From: Moraxella nasicaprae
GTDB taxonomy: Bacteria; Pseudomonadota; Gammaproteobacteria; Pseudomonadales; Moraxellaceae
Reading direction: 5' to 3'
Assembly: GCF_025643275.1 (NCBI RefSeq)
Contig: NZ_CP089977.1
Location: forward strand, 1,530,001 to 1,562,000
DNA length: 32,000 nt
A program made the translations under genes and the position numbers. Each line of letters starts with the position of its first letter. Within the stretch, counting starts at the first letter, position 1. The notes below the pieces were generated by a model. The model was not told the DNA's origin. It was given only the letters and a program-made list of their open reading frames with translations, and made no database searches. Positions 19,441 through 32,000 of this stretch are shown here, piece after piece.

Positions 19441-20883
19441 ATGACAGCACCGATGGACACCCAAAAAGAGTTGGTCTTGTATGATACTTTGACCGCAAAA
19501 AAACACCCCTTTGTGCCAATGCAGGCGGGCAAAGTGGGCATGTATGTGTGTGGCATGACGGTGTATGATTATTGCCATATGGGTCATGCTCGTGTGATGG
19601 TTGGTTTTGATGTGATTGTCCGCTGGCTAAGACAGTTGGGCTATGAGGTCAATTATGTGCGAAACATCACAGACATTGACGATAAAATCATCAAACGAGC
19701 AGGCGAGAATGGTGAAACCATTGGCGAGCTGACCACAAGATTTATCGATGCAATGCACGAAGATGAGCAGGCGTTGGGCTGTGCTGTGCCAGACCAAGAA
19801 CCAAAAGCAACAGACCACATCGATGACATGCAAGCCATCATTGATAAACTCATCAAAAAAAATCTTGCCTATCAAGGAGAGGGTGGTGATGTGTACTATG
19901 CGGTGGATAAGTTTGCCGATTATGGCAAGCTGTCTAAGCGAAAATTGGCTGACATGCAAGCTGGTGCTTCTGAGCGAGTGAATGAAGCTGATGATAAGCA
20001 CAATCCATTTGATTTTGTTCTTTGGAAATCAGCCAAGCCGTCCGAACCACATTGGCAGTCGCCTTGGGGTCTGGGTCGTCCTGGCTGGCATATTGAATGC
20101 TCAGCGATGAGCACTTGCTGTCTTGGAGAGACTTTTGACATTCATGGCGGTGGGCATGATTTGCAATTTCCACACCATGAAAATGAGATTGCCCAAAGTG
20201 AGGGCGTGAGTGGCAAGACTTATGCCAATAATTGGCTGCACATGGGATTCATCAACATTGATGGCGAAAAGATGAGTAAATCTTTGGGGAATTTTTTTAC
20301 GATTCGTGATGTGTTGGCAAAATTCCACCCAGAAACGGTGCGTTTTTTCTTATTATCCAGCCATTATCGCAGTCCTGTCAATTTCTCTGATGCTGCCCTA
20401 AAAGAAAGCCATACCGCTTTAAGCCGCATTTATCAATCACTAAAAGCTGCTGAAAGTATTGCTCCGATTCACTCATCAAGTGAGGCTTGGGCAAGCGAGG
20501 CTGGGCGAGAATTTACCCAAGCGATGAATGATGATTTTAATACCGCCAAAGCGGTCAGTGTCTTGTTTGGGTTGAGTGGCGAGATTAACCGTGCGATTAA
20601 GGCGGGCGATGAAGCACAAGTACAGGCATTTGCCAGCACTCTAAAAACTCTGGCAGGCGTGCTAAACATTGCCCAACATAATCCATCGGCATTCTTGCAA
20701 GCCAAGATTGGCGATGTGGAAGATGGCTTATCTGATGACATGATTGAACAAAAAATCCTTGAACGCAAAGACGCCAAAGCCAATAAGGATTTTGCCAAAG
20801 CTGACCAAATTCGTGAAGAATTAAAAGCATTGGGCATTGAGCTAGAAGATGGTCGTGCTGGTACAACTTGGCGACGCATCTAA
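19441..20883 (+). CDS. cysS: Cysteine--tRNA ligase
   Basis: Class I motifs HMGHA (HIGH) and KMSKS, plus the Zn-site context CGMTVYD and HIECS. 480 aa. Confidence 0.95.
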   Translation: MTAPMDTQKELVLYDTLTAKKHPFVPMQAGKVGMYVCGMTVYDYCHMGHARVMVGFDVIVRWLRQLGYEVNYVRNITDIDDKIIKRAGENGETIGELTTRFIDAMHEDEQALGCAVPDQEPKATDHIDDMQAIIDKLIKKNLAYQGEGGDVYYAVDKFADYGKLSKRKLADMQAGASERVNEADDKHNPFDFVLWKSAKPSEPHWQSPWGLGRPGWHIECSAMSTCCLGETFDIHGGGHDLQFPHHENEIAQSEGVSGKTYANNWLHMGFINIDGEKMSKSLGNFFTIRDVLAKFHPETVRFFLLSSHYRSPVNFSDAALKESHTALSRIYQSLKAAESIAPIHSSSEAWASEAGREFTQAMNDDFNTAKAVSVLFGLSGEINRAIKAGDEAQVQAFASTLKTLAGVLNIAQHNPSAFLQAKIGDVEDGLSDDMIEQKILERKDAKANKDFAKADQIREELKALGIELEDGRAGTTWRRI

Positions 20884-20892
20884 GCGATGTAC

Positions 20893-20929
20893 AAAAAAAC
20901 CACCCAGCTGTTATTGGGTGGTTTTTTGT
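20893..20929. terminator. Bidirectional terminator between convergent cysS and hom
   Basis: AAAAAAACCACCCA-GCTGTTAT-TGGGTGGTTTTTTGTTT. Confidence 0.85.
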
Positions 20930-20943
20930 TTGCCTAAAAACGC

Positions 20944-22260
20944 TTAGTTTAGGCTTTCTAGACGGATACGCACCACAGGTTCGATGACTGCATCTAGGCT
21001 TTCGATTTTGCTGATGGCGTTATTCATCTGTTTTTCGATGACAGGCTGAATCAGGATAATCACAGGAACTTCTCCTGTTTGCTTATGGTCATCGTGCTGT
21101 AAGATGGCATCGATGTTGATGCCATTATCGCTAAGAATGCGAGTGACATCAGCCAGCACGCCCAGTTCATCTTTGACAGTCAGGCGTAGATAGTAACCAG
21201 AGGTCATTTCATCACTGGTTAGGATTGGGGTATCAAGGAGTTTTTGGGGCGAAAATGCCAAGTGTGGCACGCTGCCATGCTGATTGCAATCCATGCCACG
21301 CACCAAATCCATCACATCAGCCATCACCGCAGAGGCGGTTGCACCAGCACCAGCACCATCGCCATAATACAATGATTGTCCTAATGGGTGAGCGTCAATC
21401 ATCACGGCATTTTTTACGCCATTGACATTGGCAAGCAAGGTTTCTTCTGGAATGAGCGTTGGGTGTACACGCAGCTCAATGCCAGTTTCACGGCGAATGG
21501 CAAAGCCTAGATGTTTGATGGTGTAGCCCAGCTCTTTGGCATAGACCACATCTTGCAGGTGGATTTTGGTGATGCCTTCGCAGTACACTTTATCAAACTG
21601 AATGGGCAAACCAAATGCAATCGATGCCAACAAGGATAGCTTATGGGCAGCATCAATGCCCTCAACATCAAAAGTAGGGTCTGCTTCGGCATAGCCTAAG
21701 GCCTGAGCTTCGGCAAGCACTTCATCGAATTTGCGATTTTTTAGTTGCATTTCGCTCATGATGAAGTTGCCCGTGCCATTGATGATGCCAGCCAGCCAGT
21801 CCACTTTGTTGGCGGCTAAGGCTTCACGGACGATTTTGATGATGGGAATACCACCTGCGACTGACGCTTCATAACGCACTTGTACGCCGTGTTCTTCTGC
21901 CAAAGCAAAGATTTCGTTGCCGTGTTTGGCAAGCAAGGCTTTATTGGCGGTGACAATGTGTTTTTTGTGGCGAATGGCGTGCATGATGACTTCTTTGGCA
22001 ACATCAGTACCGCCAATAACCTCAATGACAATGTCCACATCGTCCGATTCTGCAATCGCCATCAAGTCAGCACTTTGTTGAATGGTGCTGTCAATGTCAT
22101 CACGCTGGCGACGAGTACCAGCGTGAGTTACTTTGATTTGACGACCACTACGACGAGTCAGTTCGTCCAAATTATCCTTAATAAGTGTCAGTACACCTGT
22201 ACCGACTGTGCCTAGACCAAGTACGGCCAGATTGATTGGTTTGTTCACAATAAGCCCCAT
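20944..22260 (-). CDS. hom: Homoserine dehydrogenase (with C-terminal ACT domain)
   Basis: N-terminal NAD(P) fold LAVLGLGTVGTGV, the catalytic domain (GIINGT.N...S.M), and a C-terminal ACT domain (YYLRLTVKDELGVLADVTRILS). 438 aa. Confidence 0.93.
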   Translation of the reverse strand: MGLIVNKPINLAVLGLGTVGTGVLTLIKDNLDELTRRSGRQIKVTHAGTRRQRDDIDSTIQQSADLMAIAESDDVDIVIEVIGGTDVAKEVIMHAIRHKKHIVTANKALLAKHGNEIFALAEEHGVQVRYEASVAGGIPIIKIVREALAANKVDWLAGIINGTGNFIMSEMQLKNRKFDEVLAEAQALGYAEADPTFDVEGIDAAHKLSLLASIAFGLPIQFDKVYCEGITKIHLQDVVYAKELGYTIKHLGFAIRRETGIELRVHPTLIPEETLLANVNGVKNAVMIDAHPLGQSLYYGDGAGAGATASAVMADVMDLVRGMDCNQHGSVPHLAFSPQKLLDTPILTSDEMTSGYYLRLTVKDELGVLADVTRILSDNGINIDAILQHDDHKQTGEVPVIILIQPVIEKQMNNAISKIESLDAVIEPVVRIRLESLN

Positions 22261-22284
22261 TGTTTTAGGATTGTGTTTTATTGA

Positions 22285-22313
22285 TTGATATTGAATTGGT
22301 TAAGTTATCACAA
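22285..22313 (-). promoter_or_regulatory. Candidate sigma70 promoter for hom
   Basis: On the minus strand: TTGTGA (22313-22308), 17 bp, TATCAA (22290-22285), about 25 nt upstream of the hom start. Confidence 0.3.
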
Positions 22314-22336
22314 CTTATGACCAAGTGCTACTAATT

Positions 22337-22382
22337 TTTGATGATTTACCAAAAATATCCTAAATTTTGGTCAATCATCAAA
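22337..22382. repeat. Inverted repeat with 18-bp arms (17/18 complementary) and a 10-nt spacer, between the dsbC stop and the hom start
   Basis: TTTGATGATTTACCAAAA (22337-22354) and TTTTGGTCAATCATCAAA (22365-22382), with a single T/C mismatch at 22347/22372. No U-run follows on either strand. Confidence 0.85.
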
Positions 22383-22412
22383 TGATTTGGTGTGGTTGAT
22401 TAAAGTGTTTAA

Positions 22413-23207
22413 TTAGCGATTTTGAATGGCTAATTGAATCAATTCATCAGCAGGGATATATCCACCGATTTGTTGCCCTGATTCGGTGAAGACGGCAGGT
22501 GTGCCTGATACACCCAGTTGTAAGCCAATGCTCATGTGTTTGCGAACAGGATTGTCACAGCTGGCAGGTGGAGGTGTTTTGCCATGCTTGGCTTCGCCAA
22601 GTGTAGTCAGGCGGTCGGCTGCACACCAGATGTGCTGAGTCATTGGTACGGTTGCCTCGTTGCGTGGCCATGCCAAATAGCGTACTTCGACACCACCTGC
22701 ATTGATTTGTTCAAGCTCGCCGTGCAGTTTTTGGCAGTAGTGGCAAGTCGGGTCGGTAAATACATAGATGGCAGCTTTGGTCTCGCCTTTGGCTGGACTG
22801 ATAATCATCTCGTCCGTTGGGATTTGAGATAGGGTGGATTTGGCGATGGTTGGTATGATGTCTGCTGTGATGTCAGCTGGTTTTTCATCGCCAATTTTAA
22901 TGATTTGACCTTGAATTAAATATGAACCTGTCTTATCGGTAAACATGGCAGGGGCGTTGTCAAAACTGACCCAGTACACCTCTGGCATGGCGGTTGGTAG
23001 GGCGGTTTTTACGGTCAAGTCGTTGATGTTCGATGCTTTTAGGCTGGCTTGCAAGGCATCAACGACCGCTTGGTTGTTTTCGGCGGGTTGAGCTGTGGTT
23101 TGAGCCTGTTTGTCGGACGAGCCAGCTTGGGTAGTTTGCTTATTGCAGGCTGTCAAGGCAAAGGCGGACAAAAGCATGGCAGCACAAAATTTAAAAGATG
23201 TTTTCAT
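22413..23207 (-). CDS. dsbC: DsbC/DsbG-family thiol:disulfide interchange protein, predicted lipoprotein
   Basis: Thioredoxin-fold active site CHYCQKL, and the C-terminal GTPAVF cis-Pro loop typical of DsbC. I chose the start at MKTSFKFCAAMLLSAFALTAC (23207), which carries a lipobox L-T-A-C followed by a Q/T/A-rich linker. Confidence 0.8.
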   Translation of the reverse strand: MKTSFKFCAAMLLSAFALTACNKQTTQAGSSDKQAQTTAQPAENNQAVVDALQASLKASNINDLTVKTALPTAMPEVYWVSFDNAPAMFTDKTGSYLIQGQIIKIGDEKPADITADIIPTIAKSTLSQIPTDEMIISPAKGETKAAIYVFTDPTCHYCQKLHGELEQINAGGVEVRYLAWPRNEATVPMTQHIWCAADRLTTLGEAKHGKTPPPASCDNPVRKHMSIGLQLGVSGTPAVFTESGQQIGGYIPADELIQLAIQNR

Positions 23208-23368
23208 TGAATCACAATCGAGGTTAAAAAATGATGCGTTATTATGCCAAAATAGACCAAATTTTGCAAAATAAATTGCCTTATTTGTCAAATTTATGAT
23301 ACAATACAGCGTTATTTCATATCAGGCTTTTGTTATCCTGACAAAGGCAACCATTGAGGAAATAACCT

Positions 23369-24841
23369 ATGCTACGCATTGCCTATGATGCTTTGACATT
23401 CGATGATGTTCTACTGCTTCCTGCCTATTCCGAAGTCCTTCCCAAAGAAACCAGTCTTACCACTCGCCTCACTACTGACATCAATCTAAATTTACCCATC
23501 ATTTCAGCCGCCATGGATACCGTGACTGAATCTAAGATGGCGATTGCGATGGCTCAGCTTGGTGGTATGGGCGTCATTCACAAGAACATGGACATCGCTC
23601 ATCAAGCACGCCGTGTTCGCCATGTCAAAAAATTTGAAGCAGGCACGGTTGCCGACCCCATCACGGTTACACCTGACATTACTGTTGGCGAGCTGCTTCG
23701 CATTACCCAAGAACACAAAATCAGCGGTGTGCCTGTCGTTGAAAAAGGCACAAATAAAGTTGTGGGCATTGTTACTCATCGTGATTTGCGTTTTGAAACC
23801 AATTTGAATCAGCCTGTCGCCAATGTAATGACCCCAAAAGACAAGCTGGTCACGGTCAAAGAGGGCGAAACCCAAGAACGCATCAAAGAGCTGCTCCATG
23901 CTCATCGCATCGAAAAAGTGGTGGTGATTGATGATGATTATCGCCTAAAAGGTCTGATTACGGTCAATGATTTTACCAAAGCTGAAAATAACCCCAATGC
24001 CGCCAAAGACAGCAAAGGTCGTTTGCGTGTGGGTGCGGCAGTTGGCACGGGTGCAGATACAGAGGCTCGTGTTGAGGCGTTGATTGCTGCTGATGTTGAT
24101 GTGATTATCGTAGATACAGCTCATGGGCATTCTAAGGGCGTGATTGACCGTGTGGCGTGGATTAAGAAAAACTACCCAAATATTCAAGTCATTGGCGGTA
24201 ATATTGCCACAGGTGATGCGGCACTTGCTTTAATGGACGCTGGTGCTAACGCTGTCAAAGTGGGTATTGGACCTGGTTCTATTTGCACCACTCGCATCAT
24301 TGCAGGTATTGGTGTGCCACAAATTAGTGCCATTGACGATGTAGCCACCGCCCTAAAAGACCGTATCCCATTGATTGCTGATGGCGGTATTCGCTTCTCT
24401 GGCGACATGGCAAAAGCCATTGCCGCAGGTGCATCGTGTATCATGGTGGGCGGTCTGCTTGCAGGTACCGAAGAAGCCCCAGGCGAAGTGGAGCTATTCC
24501 AAGGTCGTTATTATAAGGCGTATCGTGGCATGGGTTCATTGGGTGCCATGAGTGGTCAAAATGGCTCATCGGACCGTTATTTCCAAGATGCCAAAGAAGG
24601 TGTTGAAAAATTAGTACCAGAAGGCATTGAAGGTCGTGTGCCTTATAAAGGCCCTGTGGCTGGTATTGTTAATCAGTTGGCAGGCGGTCTAAAATCATCA
24701 ATGGGCTACACAGGCTGTCGTACCATCGAAGAGATGCGTAAGAACACCACCTTTGTCAAAGTAACATCAGCAGGCATGAAAGAATCTCATGTTCATGATG
24801 TGCAAATCACCAAAGAAGCACCAAACTATCGCCAACATTGA
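23369..24841 (+). CDS. guaB: IMP dehydrogenase
   Basis: 490 aa. Contains the CBS pair insert, the catalytic loop [11 protein letters not shown] and GGIRFSGD. Confidence 0.96.
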   Translation: MLRIAYDALTFDDVLLLPAYSEVLPKETSLTTRLTTDINLNLPIISAAMDTVTESKMAIAMAQLGGMGVIHKNMDIAHQARRVRHVKKFEAGTVADPITVTPDITVGELLRITQEHKISGVPVVEKGTNKVVGIVTHRDLRFETNLNQPVANVMTPKDKLVTVKEGETQERIKELLHAHRIEKVVVIDDDYRLKGLITVNDFTKAENNPNAAKDSKGRLRVGAAVGTGADTEARVEALIAADVDVIIVDTAHGHSKGVIDRVAWIKKNYPNIQVIGGNIATGDAALALMDAGANAVKVGIGPGSICTTRIIAGIGVPQISAIDDVATALKDRIPLIADGGIRFSGDMAKAIAAGASCIMVGGLLAGTEEAPGEVELFQGRYYKAYRGMGSLGAMSGQNGSSDRYFQDAKEGVEKLVPEGIEGRVPYKGPVAGIVNQLAGGLKSSMGYTGCRTIEEMRKNTTFVKVTSAGMKESHVHDVQITKEAPNYRQH

Positions 24842-24875
24842 TTTGGTGTGATGATTGACATTGTCGTCGTTATAC

Positions 24876-24906
24876 AAAAGCCAAGCCATTTTGCTTGGCT
24901 TTTTTG
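24876..24906 (+). terminator. Rho-independent terminator after guaB
   Basis: AAAAGCCAAGC-CATTTT-GCTTGGCTTTTTTG. Confidence 0.85.
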
Positions 24907-24943
24907 TGGCTAAAATAAAGTGCATGGCTTGCTTGTGATGGAC

Positions 24944-24980
24944 ATAAAAAAATCGCCAGCTTTTGCCAGCGATTTTAAAA
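24944..24980 (-). terminator. Probable terminator of the 24995-25660 gene (imperfect stem)
   Basis: AAAATCGC..GC-TTTT-GC..GCGATTTT with a 2x2 internal loop. A run of 7 T follows on the minus strand. Confidence 0.5.
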
Positions 24981-24994
24981 ACTAGGATGATGGG

Positions 24995-25660
24995 TTAGTT
25001 GCTTAGCGGCGACTGCATCAAAGATTCTAGCCCTTTGGGTTTGATTTGGGAGAGGTGTTTGGTGATGGTGCTGATGGGCAGACCTTGTTTTTCAAGGCGT
25101 TTTGGGATAATTTGACTGCCTTTTTGACCGTTTAATTCAAACATCATGAACAAAAATTCGTCCGTTTCGTCCCAGCTGGTGACGCTATCCCAGCCAATCA
25201 CACCAGACTGAGCGGTACTACGCATTTGCATACCACGCATTTGTGGCGAGTTGATGACGGAAGTGGGGGCAGGCATTGCCATGACTAAGCCGTGCGACTG
25301 CACGCCCAATGAGAGATGGTCGAGCTCTTTGGGCATTTGTGTGCTAGCGACTTGTTTTTCATATTCTTTTTTCATGTACCATTTTAGCCCCGCAGTGCGA
25401 GCCAATAGATACAAACCAACCAACACCAGCATGACCCAAAAAATGATGGTTGAGTAGCCGCTAACCAACGCCAAGCCAGCAATCGCTGCAATGACCACAG
25501 CTGCCATAATCGCCCATTCTTTGGTTTTGATGGATTTGATGGAAAAATGGCTGGCACTTTTTTCAAATAATGCCATTTGGGCGGCTTTAAACTCACTTTC
25601 GCTCATGTTCAAGGCGATGGGTTTGAGGGTGTAAGGATATAATGCGGTTGATTTGCTCAT
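24995..25660 (-). CDS. Hypothetical membrane protein with two adjacent TM helices and a soluble C-terminal domain (YcxB-like topology)
   Basis: 221-aa ORF with its own terminator. TM helices are WAIMAAVVIAAIAGLALV and IIFWVMLVLVGLYLLA. The family assignment is tentative. Confidence 0.55.
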   Translation of the reverse strand: MSKSTALYPYTLKPIALNMSESEFKAAQMALFEKSASHFSIKSIKTKEWAIMAAVVIAAIAGLALVSGYSTIIFWVMLVLVGLYLLARTAGLKWYMKKEYEKQVASTQMPKELDHLSLGVQSHGLVMAMPAPTSVINSPQMRGMQMRSTAQSGVIGWDSVTSWDETDEFLFMMFELNGQKGSQIIPKRLEKQGLPISTITKHLSQIKPKGLESLMQSPLSN

Positions 25661-25880
25661 AGATAATCCGTATTCATCGGCATAAAAATCCCTTTATATT
25701 ACCTATTTTGCCAACAAAAATAAACCAAAACTTGTCTTTTTGTGCAAATTTTTCCAAATTCGCCAACAATACAAGATGAAAAGCAGGACTTTTGTCAAAA
25801 AATCATTAAAAGTGGCTGAAATTTTGGCTAAAATTTGCTATGATAAGCATATTTTATTCTGTTTTAGACTGTTATTTTAG

Positions 25881-27161
<1,281 letters not shown>

Positions 27162-27193
27162 TTTTTTTATAAATACTAAAATAGGTAGCACTT

Positions 27194-29182
27194 ATGCCAA
27201 CTCCATTAAACCAAAGACACAACGCCAATGCCATTCGTATTCTTGCGATGGACGCTGTTCAGCAAGCCAACTCAGGACACCCTGGTGCTCCAATGGGCAT
27301 GGCGGATATTGCCGAAGTGTTGTGGCGTGAATTTTTGAGCCATAACCCAAAAAATGCCAAATGGGCAAACCGAGACCGCTTTGTGCTATCAAATGGTCAT
27401 GGCTCCATGTTGCTTTATGCACTACTGCATCTGACCGGCTATGATTTGAGCATTGACGACCTAAAATCTTTCCGCCAGCTACATTCAAAGACCGCAGGAC
27501 ACCCTGAGTATGGCTATGCTGATGGCGTTGAGACCACGACAGGTCCTTTGGGTCAAGGCATTGCCAATGCGGTGGGCTTTGCTTTGGCAGAAAAAACTTT
27601 GGCGGCACAATTTAACAAACCAGACAATGCCATCATCGACCACCATACCTATGTATTTTTGGGTGATGGCTGTTTGATGGAGGGTGTGTCGCACGAGGCG
27701 TGCTCACTGGCAGGCACTTTGGGATTGGGCAAACTCATCGCTTATTATGATGATAATGGTATCTCTATTGATGGCGAGGTTGAGGGTTGGTTTAGTGATG
27801 ATACCGCCAAGCGTTTTGAGGCGTATGGCTGGCAGGTGCTTCATGTGGATGGACATGACCAAGACGCCATTCGTCAAGCAACCATCTTGGCAAAACAAGA
27901 AACAAATAAGCCAACGCTCATCATCTGCAAGACCATCATTGGCTTGGGTTCGCCCAACAAGCAAGGCAAAGAAGATTGTCATGGTGCACCACTTGGTCAT
28001 GATGAGATTGCTTTGGTACGCCAGACTTTGGGCTGGGCGGACAGCACGCCATTTGCCATCTCTGATGAGATTTATCAGGCGTGGGACGCAACCAAACAAG
28101 GAGCAAAGCGTGAACAGGCTTGGAATGAGCAATTTGCCAAGTACAAGGCAAGCTATCCTGATTTGGCTGATGAATTGGAGCGTCGTTTGTCAGGTCGTTT
28201 GCCAGCAGATTTTGATGCGATTGCTGATGAATTTATTAAGGCGTGTCATGACAAGGGCGAGAGTATCGCCACTCGTAAAGCCAGCCAAAACGCCATCGCA
28301 GCCTTAGTGCCACATTTGCCAGAAGTCTTGGGTGGCAGTGCTGACTTGGCTGGTTCAAACTTGACACTATGGAAAGATGCCAAAGGCGTGCAAGAGCATG
28401 CTGACGGCAACTATGTGCATTATGGCGTGCGTGAATTTGGCATGACAGCGATTGCCAATGGCGTGGCATTGCACGGTGGATTCATTCCTTATACTGCTAC
28501 TTTCTTGATGTTCATGGAATACGCCAGAAATGCAGTGCGTATGTCTGCTTTGATGAAACAGCAAGTCATCAATGTTTATACGCATGACAGCATTGGGCTT
28601 GGCGAAGATGGACCTACGCATCAGCCTGTGGAGCAGGTGGCAAGTTTGCGTTATACGCCAAATCACTACACTTGGCGTCCATGCGACACCGTAGAGACAG
28701 CGGTGGCGTGGAAAATTGCCCTAAAAACCAATCATGCACCAACTTCATTGATTTTGTCTCGTCAAAATTTGCCGTTCCAGCAGCGTGACGAGAGCCAAAT
28801 TGCCAATATTGCCAAAGGTGGCTATGTACTTGCCAAAGAAAAAGGCGAGCTTAAAGCCATCATTATTGCCACAGGGTCAGAAGTGGAGTTGGCGATGGGG
28901 GCTTATGAAATGCTTGATGGCGTGCGTGTGGTGTCGATGCCATGTGCTGAGTTGTTTGTTCAGCAAGATGGCGACTATCGTGAAAGTGTTTTGCCAAGTG
29001 GCGTGCGTGCCAGAGTGGCGGTCGAGGCTGGCATCAGTGATTATTGGTATAAATTTGTCGGACTTGATGGCAAAGTCATTGGCATGACTTCGTTTGGCGA
29101 ATCTGCTCCTGCCAAAGATTTGTTTAAACACTTTGGCTTTACGGTGGATAAAGTGGTTGCTGCCGTTCAAGAACTGATTTAA
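27194..29182 (+). CDS. tkt: Transketolase
   Basis: 662 aa. [26 protein letters not shown], the ThDP motif [13 protein letters not shown] and the transketolase signature 2 region. Starts 32 nt after serS. Confidence 0.96.
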   Translation: MPTPLNQRHNANAIRILAMDAVQQANSGHPGAPMGMADIAEVLWREFLSHNPKNAKWANRDRFVLSNGHGSMLLYALLHLTGYDLSIDDLKSFRQLHSKTAGHPEYGYADGVETTTGPLGQGIANAVGFALAEKTLAAQFNKPDNAIIDHHTYVFLGDGCLMEGVSHEACSLAGTLGLGKLIAYYDDNGISIDGEVEGWFSDDTAKRFEAYGWQVLHVDGHDQDAIRQATILAKQETNKPTLIICKTIIGLGSPNKQGKEDCHGAPLGHDEIALVRQTLGWADSTPFAISDEIYQAWDATKQGAKREQAWNEQFAKYKASYPDLADELERRLSGRLPADFDAIADEFIKACHDKGESIATRKASQNAIAALVPHLPEVLGGSADLAGSNLTLWKDAKGVQEHADGNYVHYGVREFGMTAIANGVALHGGFIPYTATFLMFMEYARNAVRMSALMKQQVINVYTHDSIGLGEDGPTHQPVEQVASLRYTPNHYTWRPCDTVETAVAWKIALKTNHAPTSLILSRQNLPFQQRDESQIANIAKGGYVLAKEKGELKAIIIATGSEVELAMGAYEMLDGVRVVSMPCAELFVQQDGDYRESVLPSGVRARVAVEAGISDYWYKFVGLDGKVIGMTSFGESAPAKDLFKHFGFTVDKVVAAVQELI

Positions 29183-29202
29183 TTAAGCCTCATATACCAT
29201 AC

Positions 29203-29240
29203 AAAAAAACAGCACATCAATGATGGGCTGTTTTTATTTT
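29203..29240 (+). terminator. Rho-independent terminator after tkt
   Basis: AAAAAAACAGCACA-TCAATGA-TGGGCTGTTTTTATTTT (one A/G mismatch in the stem). Confidence 0.75.
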
Positions 29241-29353
29241 ATCCATGTGTGTTTTGCTATCCAAAGATTGCAGTATGAGATTGACGATGTGTGATGTTCA
29301 TTTATTATTTTAATTTATAACCATTCATCAAAATTCTCAATTTTCCATCATAA

Positions 29354-30517
<1,164 letters not shown>

Positions 30518-30586
30518 TTTTTAAAATAAAAACTCCGTTTGAATGGGAAATTTGGGCGGTGTTTTGATTTGTGCATTCTTAAAAAA

Positions 30587-30595
30587 TGCTATAAT
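30587..30595 (+). promoter_or_regulatory. Candidate extended -10 promoter (TGcTATAAT) for the PhzF-family gene
   Basis: TGCTATAAT at 30587-30595, 30 nt upstream of ATG 30626. SD AAAGGAAA at 30613-30620. The only TTGATT hexamer lies 20 bp upstream, so the -35 is poor. Confidence 0.4.
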
Positions 30596-30625
30596 AACTT
30601 GATTTTTTTAAGAAAGGAAACAACA

Positions 30626-31420
30626 ATGCCCCAGCACATTCCCCAATACACCATTGATGCCTTTACCGATACCGTTTTTAAAGGCAATCCTGCGGCGGTA
30701 TGTCTGCTTGATGAATGGCTTGATGATACGGTGTTATTAAACATCGCCAAAGAAAACAACCTATCTGAAACCGCCTTTGTTGTGCCTAAAAATGATGCAT
30801 TTGAACTGCGTTGGTTTACCCCAAAAGTGGAAGTCAGCCTGTGTGGACACGCCACGCTTGCTACTGCGTTTGCCCTGCATTTAGCATTAACAGATTGCCC
30901 TGACACTTTAAAATTTCACACCAGACAAAGCGGTGTTTTGACCGTACAAAAAAGCGGCAATCAGCTGTTAATGGATTTCCCTGTTTTTGCCCTACAAAAA
31001 ATAGACGACATCGCCCCCATTGCTAATATTTTGGGCGTTGTGCCAAACGAAGTCTATCTAGGACGAGATTTAATGTGCGTATTTGATGATGAAAACATCG
31101 TCAAAAATTATCAGCCCAACGACAGCCAAATCGCCCAGTTGCAAGGAGCATTGTGCCACTTTACCGCCCCAAGCACCTCGCCACACTTTGACTGCGTGTC
31201 TCGCTCATTCGCCCCAAAATTGGGCATATCCGAAGACCCTGTATGCGGTTCGGCACATTGTCATATTTTCCCCTATTGGGCGGACAAATTAGGTAAAAAT
31301 GAATTGGTTGGTTTGCAGGCAAGCGAACGCACAGGCGTACTGTACGGCAAAATACAAGGCGAGCGAATGCTATTGGGCGGACAGGCAGTCTTGTTTGCCA
31401 AATCAGAAATTTATATTTAA
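30626..31420 (+). CDS. PhzF-family (phenazine-biosynthesis-like, DAP-epimerase fold) isomerase
   Basis: YTIDAFTD..FKGNPAAV....W.....L..IA.ENNLSETAFV.....F.LRWFTP..EV.LCGHATLA is the canonical PhzF/YddE N-terminal signature. The second half has GISEDPVCGSAHC. 264 aa from ATG 30626. Confidence 0.88.
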   Translation: MPQHIPQYTIDAFTDTVFKGNPAAVCLLDEWLDDTVLLNIAKENNLSETAFVVPKNDAFELRWFTPKVEVSLCGHATLATAFALHLALTDCPDTLKFHTRQSGVLTVQKSGNQLLMDFPVFALQKIDDIAPIANILGVVPNEVYLGRDLMCVFDDENIVKNYQPNDSQIAQLQGALCHFTAPSTSPHFDCVSRSFAPKLGISEDPVCGSAHCHIFPYWADKLGKNELVGLQASERTGVLYGKIQGERMLLGGQAVLFAKSEIYI

Positions 31421-31450
31421 AATCAGTTAATTATATTTGAGTAAAAGGCA

Positions 31451-32000
31451 ATGCAACACCTACAAACCCACCGCATTTTCAACGGCGAACAACAAATCTG
31501 GCAACATTTTTCAGGCAGCCTAAATTGTGAAATGAAATTTGCCATTTATCTACCCGACACCGCCAAAAACCAAAAATTGCCTGTACTCTACTGGCTATCA
31601 GGCTTAACCTGCACCGAGCAAAATTTCATCACCAAATCAGGCTATCAACGCTATGCCGATGAGCATAATGTCATCGTTGTCGCCCCTGACACATCGCCAC
31701 GAGGCGAAGGCGTGGCGGACGATACGGCTTATGATTTGGGGCAGGGGGCAGGATTTTATCTGAACGCCACACAGGGTGAGTGGGCAAAACATTATCAAAT
31801 GTACGATTATATTGCCAAAGAATTGCCGACTTTGATTAACCAGCATTTTCCCATCAATGGCAAACAATCCATTTTTGGGCATTCAATGGGCGGACACGGT
31901 GCTTTGACCATTGCCTTTAAAAATTTGGAGCATTATCAAAGCGTTTCGGCATTTTCGCCCATCACTGCACCGACACAAGTTGCTTGGGGACAAAAGGCAT
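31451..32000 (+). CDS. fghA: S-formylglutathione hydrolase (esterase D), 5' partial, continuing beyond the window
   Basis: Manual translation from ATG 31451: MQHLQTHRIFNGEQQIWQHFS..LNCEMKFAIYLP....KLPVLYWLSGLTCTEQNFITKSGYQRYA.EH..IVVAPDTSPRG..V......YDLGQGAGFYLNAT...W..HYQMYDYI..ELP......FP......SIFGHSMGGHGAL. The frame stays open to the window end, so the ORF track did not list it. Confidence 0.9.
   Translation, partial: MQHLQTHRIFNGEQQIWQHFSGSLNCEMKFAIYLPDTAKNQKLPVLYWLSGLTCTEQNFITKSGYQRYADEHNVIVVAPDTSPRGEGVADDTAYDLGQGAGFYLNATQGEWAKHYQMYDYIAKELPTLINQHFPINGKQSIFGHSMGGHGALTIAFKNLEHYQSVSAFSPITAPTQVAWGQKA

Noticed and set aside
22261-22412. Looked for a thr-type leader peptide or attenuator upstream of hom
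   Set aside because: The only mini-ORF on the minus strand (MIDQNLGYFW, inside the palindrome) has no Thr/Ile run, and no terminator/antiterminator pair is evident.

Overview
This window is mostly conserved chromosomal housekeeping DNA from a roughly 40-50% GC gammaproteobacterium. Codon style and the dsbC-hom synteny suggest Moraxellaceae or Pseudomonadales, but that is inference and I could not run a search. It opens inside an rRNA operon (3' 1.2 kb of 23S, a spacer, 5S and a terminator) and then runs through about 27 protein genes. In order these are: a frameshifted FkbM-family methyltransferase; an orphan FimT/GspH-type minor pilin tightly linked to a cN-IA-type 5'-nucleotidase, tatD-family hydrolase and tcdA; dapD; an alpha/beta hydrolase; a WG-repeat secreted protein; lipA; a small membrane protein; acnB; an ABC permease/ATPase pair; purU; an AhpD/CMD-family protein; clpB; cysS; hom; a DsbC-like lipoprotein; guaB; a two-TM hypothetical; serS; tkt; frmA/adhC; a PhzF-family protein; and the 5' part of fghA. 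I see no CRISPR array, tRNA, transposase, integrase, toxin-antitoxin pair or recognisable defence island, and I cannot support a claim of a large novel system. The best lead is a G7 homopolymer that splits the FkbM methyltransferase, where one extra G restores the ORF. It lies in a low-GC islet directly 3' of the rrn terminator and next to a pilin gene, which makes it a candidate phase-variable surface-modification switch. Secondary leads are the fimT-nucleotidase-tatD-tcdA operon, an AT-rich WG-repeat/hydrolase pair, a 18-bp-arm inverted repeat upstream of hom, and a PhzF gene with its own promoter wedged into the formaldehyde-detoxification pair. All product calls rest on recognising motifs in the supplied translations, and coordinates of RNA ends and regulatory sites are approximate.
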